A stretch of 64,000 bases of DNA from Eledone cirrhosa (taxonomy: Eukaryota): positions 74,834,001-74,898,000 of the forward strand of contig OZ024742.1 of assembly GCA_964016885.1 (NCBI GenBank), written 5' to 3'. This document shows, one piece after another, positions 53,110-64,000 of this stretch. Under the pieces are notes generated by a model, which saw nothing but the letters and a program-made list of their open reading frames with translations, ran no database searches and was not told the DNA's origin. The position numbers and the translations under genes were made by a program. Every line of letters begins with the position of its first letter. The stretch's first letter is position 1.

Positions 53110-54570
53110 TCGAGGTGCCCTTAACTTTGCTAGCTTACACACCGACCTTACATCCGAAGAAATTAACATTATTCTCCTAGCTAGGAAAACCTTAATTAAA
53201 TTCAACGGTGACCTGTGGACCAGGAAGGATTGACCAGAAAATTTCGAGATCACCATGGGATCCACGGACTCGGCCTAAGTGACGGATCTGGTGGGCCTTT
53301 ACCTCCTGGACTGTCTCGGAGTGGAAATGCCCCACTTGGGAGGAGGCGGCGCTTACCGTGACGACGCTTTGTTTACTGTGTCGTTCCATAATGATAGTAT
53401 GGTAGAGAGGGTGAGGAAAAAACTTAGCAAATTCTTCAAGAACATAGACCTAAGTATAGTATTTGAAGAGAACTTAAAGATAGTTAATTTTCTAGATGTT
53501 ACACTTAACCTCAATTCAGGACTCTTCCAACCCTACCACAAACTCAACGAGAATCTAAACTATGTCAACGCAAAATCGAACCACCCTAGAATAGTCACTA
53601 ACGGTATTACCAAAAGCGTCTCTAGTAGAATTTCAGGACTATCTTCCAATGAAGATACCTTTAATAAGATCTCGAATTACTATAATAATGCCCTGGAACG
53701 CGCGGGGCATAGTGAGGGAATCTCATTCAAACGTCCATTAAATAGTAGAAGCAACATTGCCTGCGATAGCTTAGGCTTAAATAGTGACACTCTAGTTAAC
53801 AGCAAGCGTGATACGAGGGAGGATTTATATAGACTTCAATGCTGTTGGTACCAATAGAAACAACCACCCAGGTACTAACACGGGGTCTGAGCAACGTAAC
53901 GCCAGCGGAAACTCTAATGGTAACCTTAATTGTGGAACCGATAAAACTGCCGTTGAACGCAGTATGGAACGAGGGTCGAGTAAGGGGAAATAAGGATAGG
54001 TGTAGCAGACGCATAGTGGATACAACCCCGGCTATCGAGGGTAATCACAATGGCCGCACGGGGGGTACACCGCCCTGGAGACTTGGGACTATTCCAATCA
54101 CAATCGTGACATCCCAGGACACCATCGACCCACAGGCAATTTCCAGTTACAATAGACCAGTAACTACTAGGGAGACAGGTAATTCTAATATAGTTAGTAA
54201 GAACAAGAGGCATCGGATCAGAAAAATCATGTCGTATAATCCCCCTTCCTCCGCTGGCCTGACCACTAGTATAGCTAAGCTTTTCTTTAGGGCCTTAGAC
54301 AAATGCTTCCCTAGATCGTACAGATATTATAAAATATTCAATAGAAAACCCATCAAGCTGTCCTACTCCACAACTTGTAACATAGCTCAGAATATAGCTA
54401 AGATGAATTATAGTAGAATTAGGAGAGCCCATGAGGGAATTAGGCATGGCAGGAACAATGGCAGCTCTATTGAGGAACTGACTCATACACGTGAGGCGAG
54501 TCGGGTCTCCCCAACCCCAGGGAATTTACCCATAGAGCAGACAGGAACTGAGACCCGACCCCAAAGGTAC
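53110..54570 (+). mobile_element. Internal fragment of a Penelope-like element (Hydra-like)
   Basis: FEITMGSTDSA, AYRDDALF, NFLDVTLNL, SNHP, YNPP, KLSYSTT. Confidence 0.88.
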
Positions 54571-56049
54571 CTGATCTACTCACCATTCGGATGTTGGCTG
54601 CTCTGTCCTTTGTCTACCCCCCACCTAGTCCTATGCTGCTTCCCTGTCGGGAATATTCAGACTTCGACAAAATTCTACGGATTATACTATAACCTGTATT
54701 ATATTGACTGAATTCTCGACCCGATACTTCAGGGCCTTTGTGATTCACACTGAATTCTGAGGCTCGAACATACACTAGGTATCACCTGATACCATTCTAT
54801 CTCTTTCATCCTCTATATCTATATGTATTATTTGCACAGCTATATGATCCATATAGATGTGCAAATATTTGTAATCTATATGTATTATCTAACTGCAACT
54901 TGATCTATATTGTATTTCCCCTGTGTTTTGATTTCTCCAATATGTTCTCATATACTTCCGTTTTACTCCATCACCACCCTAGCTATGACGGCGTTTTATT
55001 TATGTATTTTTACTTTATTAATGTATTTTTATTAATGTATTTTTATCTTTGTATTCTGCTTTTATTTATTTATGTATTTTTTGGTTATTGTTCCTCTTAT
55101 TCAGGTTTTTACTCGCTTTACTCTTATTATGTATTTATCATTGTACTCATTAGCACACCACACTAGAATATTACTCTCTGTACCCTTATATCTTCCCCTA
55201 CCCACCAAAGAACCACACTACTTATAACCCGGACTAACTGGGGACTTAAATATAGTCTATTTGCGCATTTCATCGGGTTTTACCACTTTCAACCTCACAT
55301 CACGGGTGTGAATATATAATAATCGTTTGGTTACACGCGATGATCCGACTGATGTGGTGGCTTACCCGTTTGCGCGCTTGGCGCTCTGGTGCATAAGCCT
55401 TCCTTGAGTGCTTGGAAAAATAAATTTCCCCTTCTTTTAGTAATTGAAATTACTCGGAGCGGGTTGCTTCGCCGCGGGGCCCGCCGCGCCGCAGGTTTTG
55501 ACCGCCATATAGTACCTTTTAAATTCTAGGCCTAATCATAACTATTAGCTGTATCATGCCTCCCTCTACTGGCACATAAATAAATCCCCCTCCTGTGTGA
55601 ATTAATAGTATTCGTTTGGTATTCGTTTGGTCTAATGGCGATGGCAGACTTCCCGCTAGCACACCTGAAGCCTAAGACAGTTACATTCCTGGAGTACTCG
55701 GAAAAATTAATTTCCATCTCTTTCGCTAGACGATATCACTCGGAGCGGCTGACACGTGGTTAGGAAGGGATGGCCGGAGTCTGCAGTCGTCGCGTGTTAT
55801 TGACTGCTAAACAAGGGCTTAATCTTTACTCCCACCCTAAAAACTTATCGAGAATCTCTATAATACACTTAACCTTTTCATAAAAGACTCTCTCTGTAAA
55901 TTCTTTAACTAAATCTCGCAACCCAAACTTTAAACTTTTTTTAATTTTTAATTTTTTTAAAATTTCATCCTATAACTCTAAACATAAGTTTAACGTTCCA
56001 ATTTTCTGTTCACACATTATACCATACAGACGCCCACTATATATGCCTC

Positions 56050-56595
56050 TGTTAAGATATAGGTTCTTTGGAAAAACATTTTTCGCGGCAATTTCTAGCC
56101 TGATTGTAGCATGACCTTAACGCTGACTTTTCTTCTTTCTTTCTTTCTTCTTTTTTCTCTTTGACGGGGAGGTAGTAGTACATTATAAGCTTTCGCCCCC
56201 TCACCTGATGGTCATAAGTAGACCGAATAGCCAACACTCGAGGGCGACCGACTAAAGTAGAAGATGCTAGATGGTCGGTCGTCCTCTTGTCTATGATTTT
56301 CAGCCCCATGGATTTTATCTGTTATATTCCTTTGTTATATTTCGAATACCTGATGATATCACCGGATTCATACGAAACCCGGTCATTGAAATGATCATAG
56401 TATAATAAACCTTTCAAGGATTTACACAAGTCCAGTCTCCTGTTATTTTATTATAATAATTAACTCCGTACTCGCACCACCAACTACACAAACGAAGACG
56501 GGTGAGCTGCATTACGTTGAGTACTCTCCATAATATTACATCGAGATTGACCACACGGAATGACCAATTCTATCCAGTGGTGAACCAACAAACCT
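56050..56595 (+). mobile_element. PLE 3' end/pLTR remnant with degenerate hammerhead (about 56345-56390)
   Basis: CTGATGA-TATCACCGGATTCATAC-GAAAC-CCG-GTC; ends at (TA)n. Confidence 0.5.
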
Positions 56596-56610
56596 ATATA
56601 TATATATATA

Positions 56611-57370
56611 TAAATGGAAAAAATGAAATTTCATTTCTCACTCTTAGTACGGCTGATACTTAAATATAAGTATGTATACGTACATACATATATGTATACA
56701 GACGTACAGTAGTATGTATATACATACATACATGCACACATATATATATGTACGTATGGGTTTACCGAACATTTATTATAATGTTCGGTTTGTTTGTAAA
56801 CAAACAGCCCGAATTAAGCCGTACAGTGTTCGGCAACCATCGTTGCCCTTTTGTTCAACACTGACAAAGGAACGATGAACTAGTTTCTAGCTTATTAGCT
56901 GACATCAGCACTGTATACCTTCCTGTCAGTCGATTGAACGATTGAAAGTATATACTTTCCTTATGCATATTAACGGCTGAGCAGCCTAATCTGCATATCG
57001 AGTGAGATAGTCGGCCGGGTGTACCGAAAACGATAAATGGAATAAATGAAATTTCATTTCACACTCTTAGTACGGCTGATACTTAAATATAAGTATGTAT
57101 ACGTACATACATATATGTATACAGAGGTTCAGTAGTATGTATATACATACATACATGGACATATATATACATGCACGTATCGGTTTACCGAACATTTATT
57201 GTAATGTTCGGTTTGTTTGTAAATAAACAGCCCGAATTAAGCCGTACAGTATTCGGCAACCATCGTTGCGCTTTTGTTCAACACTGACAAAGTGTAATAT
57301 GCATAAGGAAAGTATATACTTTCAAACGATCAATCGAATGACAGGAAGGTATACGGTGCAGATGACAGCT
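56611..57370 (-). mobile_element. 423-bp-unit HHR element: 1.6 tandem units plus inverted stub
   Basis: Unit 56611-57033 repeated at 57034-57292; inverted 57296-57370; mutated HHR at 56872-56914 (CTGATGT core, GTT triplet). Confidence 0.85.
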
Positions 57371-57395
57371 GTTTCTCCAGAATATCAGAATATAC

Positions 57396-57539
<144 letters not shown>

Positions 57540-57955
57540 GAAAATAACAGATTAAAGTTTAAGCAAAAAATCGCTGCTTTCACCCTTAATGGGATCTTCT
57601 GAAACAAAACAAAGTCAATCTGTGAACGTAGAAGTGAATACTTCAAAAAACGTTGCAACCGGAGGAAGACAGGAAGACGATATTTTGGTTCGTAGAAACG
57701 TTCCCTGGCAAAGAACGGGAAAAAACGAATATAATACGTCATTATTTGGAGCGGTGAAAAACAATTACACGCAAAGACAAAACCACGTTTATGGTATAAA
57801 AGAAGTCGTAGACTAATATTCTATTAGGTGGTTCATAGAGACGTTCTCTGGCAATGAACGAAAAAAAACGAAGATAATACGTCATATGTGGAGCGGGGAG
57901 CACAATCGCACGCAAAGACAAAACCACGTAAATGGTATAACTGAAGTCGTAGAGT
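57540..57955 (+). repeat. Unclassified dispersed repeat with internal tandem of about 130 bp
   Basis: 57540-57655 recurs inverted at about 63110-63225; 57690-57815 resembles 57830-57955. Confidence 0.6.
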
Positions 57956-58296
57956 AAAATTCTAACTAGGAAACCAAATGATTCTCGGCTTCAGAATTTA
58001 GAATAAAGTAAAAAAATACAGAGGTAATTGAAATTAAATAAATACATACACGCATCCATATACGAACATACACAAGCATACGCGAAAACATTCGACATAG
58101 GTATACAAATACACGCACGTACACAAAAAAACCCCAAAAAGCCGCACGCACATACAAACCCACGCAACACCTGTACCCACCTTATCGAGCCCTCTTTGGA
58201 TTTTAGTCTTCAAATTTATTATTATTACTATATATATATATATATATAAATGAAAAGTATAGAAATTGTTGTAGCGAGAAGCTAACAGTATTCCAT

Positions 58297-58390
<94 letters not shown>

Positions 58391-58618
58391 TTAGAAACAC
58401 ACAGATACATGCGGACACACACATATATACATGAATGCATCCGCACCCAACGGCCTCGATATGAATACCCCCTCCGCCTCCGTGGTATTTTCTTCATGGT
58501 TATAAGAGGCTTAGCTCTGTTTCTCGACCGTTATATCGCGTGACTATCTCCCCCTCCGCCTTTTGGGATTCTTTCTCACGTCGTGTAGACGCGTTCTTGA
58601 GACTAGTAAAATGAGGTA

Positions 58619-58706
58619 TCCTCTTGATAAGTCGGCAGACCTCGCAAGGACTCTATATCTTTGATATATTGTTTTTGTTTATGCCACGAAACTACGTAGT
58701 CGAGGA
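58619..58706 (+). ncRNA. Type I hammerhead, U3-A8 core
   Basis: TCCTC-TTGATAA-GT(C)GGCA...TGCCAC-GAAA-CTA(CG)TAG-TC^GAGGA. Confidence 0.9.
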
Positions 58707-59212
58707 ATTTAGGAGCAGTTTAGGTATGATACATTTTATTACTAATTATATCTAAATGTTTCTTCTCTCTTCATAATGTATTTTTAACTCTGATACTGGT
58801 TCAGTCTGGTTCAAACTGAATTGGTCTGTCCCAGTCATTCATTGAGCAACATCGGTGAAGTTGGCACCCTTAACTCACAGTTGGGTGCGGATGCATTCAT
58901 GTATATATGTGTGTGTCCGCATGTATCTGTGTGTTTCTAAATATATTGTTAATAACTCCCTCTGGTCGAGCAATCTTTGAAGTGTGGAGACAACTGGAAA
59001 GCTTCCATTACTCATACTTCTCGCCTTCTTCACTACCTCTTCTACGGCCTCGATATGAATACCCCCTCCGCCTCCGTGGTATTTTCTTCGTGGTTATAAG
59101 AGGCTTAGCTCTGTTTCTCGACCGTTATATCGCGTGACTATCTCCCCCTCCGCCTTTTGGGATTCTTTCTCACGTCGTGTAGACGCGTTCTTGAGACTAG
59201 TAAAATGAGGTA

Positions 59213-59300
59213 TCCTCTTGATAAGTCGGCAGACCTCGCAAGGACTCTATATCTTTGATATATTGTTTTTGTTTATGCCACGAAACTACGTAGTCGAGGA
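59213..59300 (+). ncRNA. Type I hammerhead, U3-A8 core (second copy)
   Basis: Identical to 58619-58706. Confidence 0.9.
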
Positions 59301-59369
59301 ATTTAGGAGCAGTTTAGGTATGATACATTTTATTACTAATTATATCTAAATGTTTCTTCTCTCTTCATA

Positions 59370-59421
<52 letters not shown>

Positions 59422-59600
59422 CTTTTGTTAACTTTAAAACCATTCTGTTGAGAACTTAATTCGTTTTGTTATATTTTGCAATTTTGCAATAATAATACAC
59501 ATACTGAATTCATCCGCCAAAAATAAGGGTTGCCTCCCTTGTCGAGCCCCACGTGGGTTTTGATAACGGTCAATCCTTGGCCTGGCGCTTGAACTAAAAG

Positions 59601-59707
59601 CCTGTTGAGAAAGTGAGGTCCTTGTTCAATCATCTTACCAAAAGCTTAACATTATTTGTCTATGCGGACAGTACTTGATTTAGGAGTCGCAGAAACCCAA
59701 ATGCTGG
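59601..59707 (+). ncRNA. Degenerate U3-A8 hammerhead candidate
   Basis: CCTG-TTGAGAA-A-GTGA..TCCT..TCAA...TTGA..AGGA.TCGC-A-GAAAC; stem III and cleavage site decayed. Confidence 0.4.
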
Positions 59708-59956
59708 ATTTTCACCAACCATTCAGGGAACCGGGTAAATTTTTCAATCATATTTTTTTATTTTTTTGACCCGAATTACTTGGTCGTTTCTATGGTTGTA
59801 CGGATAATGGTTTAACCATCGTCTCAGTGTGTTTGGCCTTTTAACGTATGTTGTCGCTCTGGTTCGTTAGAATCTATTGAGCGCTCGCCACACATCTCGG
59901 AAGTTGTTTTTCGCTAATTTCCAATAGCCGAAATACGATTCTCGCTAATTTATATT

Positions 59957-59999
<43 letters not shown>

Positions 60000-60029
60000 C
60001 CAGAATAATAATAATATTGCCAGAATTAA

Positions 60030-62260
60030 TAACAGAACCCCATAATCAAGATGTCCCCAGATGTATGTGACAGTACAGAGGAGCTCCTCAGCAGAATCAA
60101 TGAATGTAACAAAAACAAAAACCTATCTAACTGCATAATAGGCAGTATGGACGTGATATCACTATACCCATCCATTAACATTGATTTTGCTGTGGAAAAA
60201 TGTGTGGAGATGATCAGTGAGAGTGAGGTGGAGTTCTGCGACGTCGACACGGACGAACTGGGCCTCCTACTTAGACTTACCTATGACACTGACTACCTAG
60301 ACAGCCATGACCTTAGCTGTTTCTGTCCCAGTAGACCTATAAGAGGTAGACACCCCCACCATAACCTCAATGGCAAAAAAGACTCCCATGGGAAGGTGGA
60401 TTGGGTGGACCAAAGCCATACGGACCACCAAAGACAATGATCAGGTAAGAAAAATGGTCGCACATGCAATAGGGGCTAGTATTCAAACTACCCTAATGGG
60501 CCACATATTCAAATTCAACGAGAAGATCTACACCCAAAACGAGGGAGCTGCCATTGGCCTCAGCATAGCTGGTGACGTTGCCAATCTTTTTATGGTATGG
60601 TGGTTAAGGAGAATCAAAGATCTCCTTGATGAAAGCTCCATAGACATCATCATGTACTCTCGTTACGTAGACGACATCAATATAGTAATAAGGATATCCC
60701 CACAAGAGAGCACTAACAAGTTTGATTTAGAACGTGGCACAATGGAAAGCATCCAGCAGATAGCTAATTCCATACACCAGAGTATAACTGTAACTATCGA
60801 CTACCCTTCCAAACACCTAACAATAGACAACCTGTATTAGACACGGAACTCTGGATTAACACTATAGACGAGAGAGCCCAAATTCTCCACTCACACTATA
60901 ATAAACCCATGGCCTTCAAATACCTGATACTCACAAACTCAGCAATGTCCAGTAGTGCTAGGTTTAATATTCTGATCGCAGACTTGGTACGAGTGATGAA
61001 GAACGTGTCCCGCATGTACGACTCAACAGAAATGGAAAGACACATCCAACACTTCATCAACCGCATGCAGTTCTCTGGCTACAACCAAAGAGACAGAATC
61101 AGAGTATACGAAGGAGCCATGGAGAAGTATAAGACCCTCATAGAACTGGACACGAAAGGAATTTGCCCATTATACAGGAGCAAATCATGGAATAGCTTAG
61201 ATAGGACTAGACATAAGCTAGGGAAAGCCACCTCATGGTACGACAACCAGAGATACCAGAGTGTCATGTTTGTGGACGCTACCCCTGGATTGAAATTAGC
61301 TAACCAGTGTAGAAAGGCCCTGAGAAAGACCCACTTAAAAATAAAGGTGGTAGAAAAGCCAGGAATCACCATAAAATCCCTGATCAGCAAAACCTACCCT
61401 TTTAAAAAAACCCACTGTACCAATAGGAAATGTATCATATGTAAAGTAAACCCCCGGTTAAACTGTAAAACTAGAAACGTAGTCTATAGCATAAGATGTA
61501 CAGAGGGTACTTGCAGAAACATGACAACAACATACATAGGTGAGACAGCTCGTAGCATAGGTGAAAGGATAGACCAACACTGGGGGGAACTAAAAGGACG
61601 AAAAAACGGGTCAGTACTATACGAACATGCTAGACAACAACATGACGGTAACATAGACAACATAGAAATTAGAATAATATCTAAACATAGAAATGACCCA
61701 GCAGATAGGCAAATCAGAGAGACCAGTGAAATAGAAATTAGAAGACCAAGGCTAAACAGAAAGAATGAATGGAATAACAACAACACCCAAACAAACAACA
61801 CTGACCTAAGAGAAGTATAAATAAGTAAATAAAATAAAATAAAATAAGATAAATAAATACATACGCAAGCACAATAACAACAAGCACATAAACACACACT
61901 AGTCACCCATCACACAGCAAACAAAACACTATACACACACGCAAACGCATGCGCAAAGAAGACAAAATAAAATAAACAAACAAGCAAATAAATAAATAAA
62001 TATATAGACAGACTGAATAAAAATGGCGTAGACATACAATACAACAGGAGGAAAATATAGCACTACTGACGATGTTGCAGATGTGCAACGAAAGATTTAT
62101 GATAAACTATATATATGTGTTTGTGTCTATATTGTATCTGTATTATCTTTGACCCCCGGTCAGTCAATGGCAACATTGAGGACCGAGTATATTAGATTAC
62201 CGATATAAAAGACACAGAAGCGAGAAGCGAAAACCAACCAAACAGTGAGTGTGTTCTGTT
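60030..62260 (+). mobile_element. 5'-truncated Penelope-like element of a different clade (Nematis-like)
   Basis: GSMDVISLYPS, long insert between motifs A and B', QNEGAAIGL, RYVDD, C..C..C...CKTRNVVY.IRC...C...YIGETAR..ER..H; frameshifted. Confidence 0.88.
62061..62134 (+). ncRNA. Type I hammerhead with long stem III
   Basis: CACTA-CTGACGA-T-GTTGCA(GATG)TGCAAC-GAAA-GA...TC-TA^TATTG. Confidence 0.78.
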
Positions 62261-63027
62261 ATTAATTCTGGCACTATTACACAAATATGACCCTCCCCAA
62301 GTATAACAATATTAGTTTCGACACACGATTTCATATAAAAAACCTCGCAAAACTAATAATTATAGAAACGTATATAAATAAATAAATACGTATATAACAA
62401 GCGCACACACATACCTACATGTAAATACACGAATGTTCGGAGATGTAAGTCAACCAAAACATGAAGTACACATATACACACACCCTACATACGTACGAAC
62501 CTGCATACTCACACAGACGCAAAACTCCCGTATACACAATGCCAAACCATATGTACCAGAATATATAAATTTATACGCCATAACAATCAAATATACGTAC
62601 GAGAAGGTATACGTATACGTATATTATATATTCGCGTACATATATTTAGATATTTTTGCATACACAATAACAAAATATAAACAAAAGTATTTATTTCGCC
62701 ATAAAGTATTCATTTTCTTCGCACGGACATTCTCTGTTTTAGATATATAGATATCTTTAACTATTGCCTAGCTATCTGTATCATTCTTCATATGATATCT
62801 GATACATAGACAAGTCACTGACATTACTCGACTGACTTGCAGCTTTGTTCGTTTTACAATCAGGCGGGAAATTTATATTGATGAAATTCTATTCTTGATC
62901 ATGCTGTAATCTGGTTATTTATACCTTTTACATAACATTGCGCCCTTATAAAATCTGTATGTGTCTGGCTGTCTACATTACGACATTATGACACTATATG
63001 TGTGTGTGCGTATATATATATGTATAT

Positions 63028-63106
<79 letters not shown>

Positions 63107-63229
63107 TGTAACGTTTTTAGAAATATTTACTTCTGCGTTCACAGATTGATTTTTTTTAGTTTCAGAAGATCCCATTAAGGGTGAATGCAGCGATTCTTTG
63201 CTTAAACTTTAATTTGTTATTTAAATATA

Positions 63230-63440
63230 TACTAGCAGAATGGCCCGGCGTTGCTCGGGATTCTAAACATAGATTGGCATGTTTATCCATCCTTTCTGAA
63301 ACAGTACAGAGAAGTACGGAATACCTCGGCCTCGGGATGGTGTCTACATTTTGTGCTTATAAAAAAAATTCCTCGTAGATTACCAGGGTTTTTTCCGTGC
63401 GAGGAAAATCAATACTTTATCGCGAAATAAATAATTTTGT
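63230..63440 (+). mobile_element. Helitron/Helentron-like non-autonomous end
   Basis: ATACTAGCAG..TGGCCCGGCGTTGCTCGGG terminal hairpin; a comparable opposite end at 43116-43149 (CCCGGGTATCACCGGGT..CAGCTAGTAT). Confidence 0.5.
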
Positions 63441-63486
63441 TTATATTGTGTTATTGTGTATGCCAAAATATCTGTACACGAGTATA

Positions 63487-63605
<119 letters not shown>

Positions 63606-63734
63606 TTAGGGAAGCAGGAAAATGCTTATTGTGATCCAGTTCGTGGTTAAGAAAGCCAGTTTCGTGGACGGTTTCAACGTACGATTAGGGGTAACTCCAC
63701 AAGTTTGTAAGAATTCCGTTCAATCTTGGAGTAT

Positions 63735-63985
63735 AAAGTATAAAAGAGAAAACACAGGTAAGCATTAAGAAAATGATTTTATCCAGGTATTTACGACCGT
63801 TTCATTGGTAAGTACAACCTTATATTGCTATACTGCAAATAGCAGCCACTCAATGATAATTGTTGTTCACGTCCAAATTTTCAAAATAGTGAGTAAGTTA
63901 CTTTTAAAAAAAGTTCCTAATATATAGAGAGAAAAACATTTTTTGGGAATTGTATTTACTAGTATAGAGAGAGAGGAAGAGGAAT
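63735..63985 (-). mobile_element. Third pLTR copy of PLE family A with U3-A8 HHR (63788-63888)
   Basis: Matches 32140-32380; stem III C(GGTC)G. Confidence 0.85.
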
Positions 63986-64000
63986 GTTTTCCTAAAAGCC

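Larger units (their letters stand above)
58384..59375 (+). mobile_element. ORF-less retrozyme-like element with 332-bp direct repeats (58450-58781, 59044-59375), each holding an HHR
   Basis: Period 594 bp; 58384-58450 is an inverted copy of 58880-58948; (TA)n on both sides. Confidence 0.88.

Noticed and set aside
55250-56040. Possible Penelope/Poseidon-type ORF remnant and half-HHR (GAAATGCGCA) on the minus strand
   Set aside because: Too degraded; no recognisable core or stem I.

Overview
Repeat-dense animal DNA; the SINE family and (TA)n content suggest a cephalopod such as Octopus, which is an inference. One host gene is present: a 542-aa ANL-family adenylating enzyme (acyl-CoA-synthetase-like), CDS join(13075..13220,24526..26008), with an 11.3-kb intron. 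The left half holds decayed retroelements: two Tx1/L1-like LINEs, two CRE-like RLE LINEs, and RTE, R4/Dong, Gypsy and SINE pieces. From about 28.5 kb to the end the window is a nest of Penelope-like elements (PLEs; RT plus C-terminal GIY-YIG) from at least 7 families, inserted into (TA)n tracts with direct and inverted pseudo-LTRs. Reading by eye on both strands gives about 24 type I hammerhead ribozyme (HHR) motifs. Many have non-canonical cores: U3-A8 covariation in at least 3 families, C4, mismatched 10.1/11.1, and stem II insertions up to about 100 nt. Two ORF-less HHR elements look like retrozymes (594-nt and 423-nt units) and carry PLE-type inversion footprints. All ribozyme folds were assigned manually; none was computed or tested.
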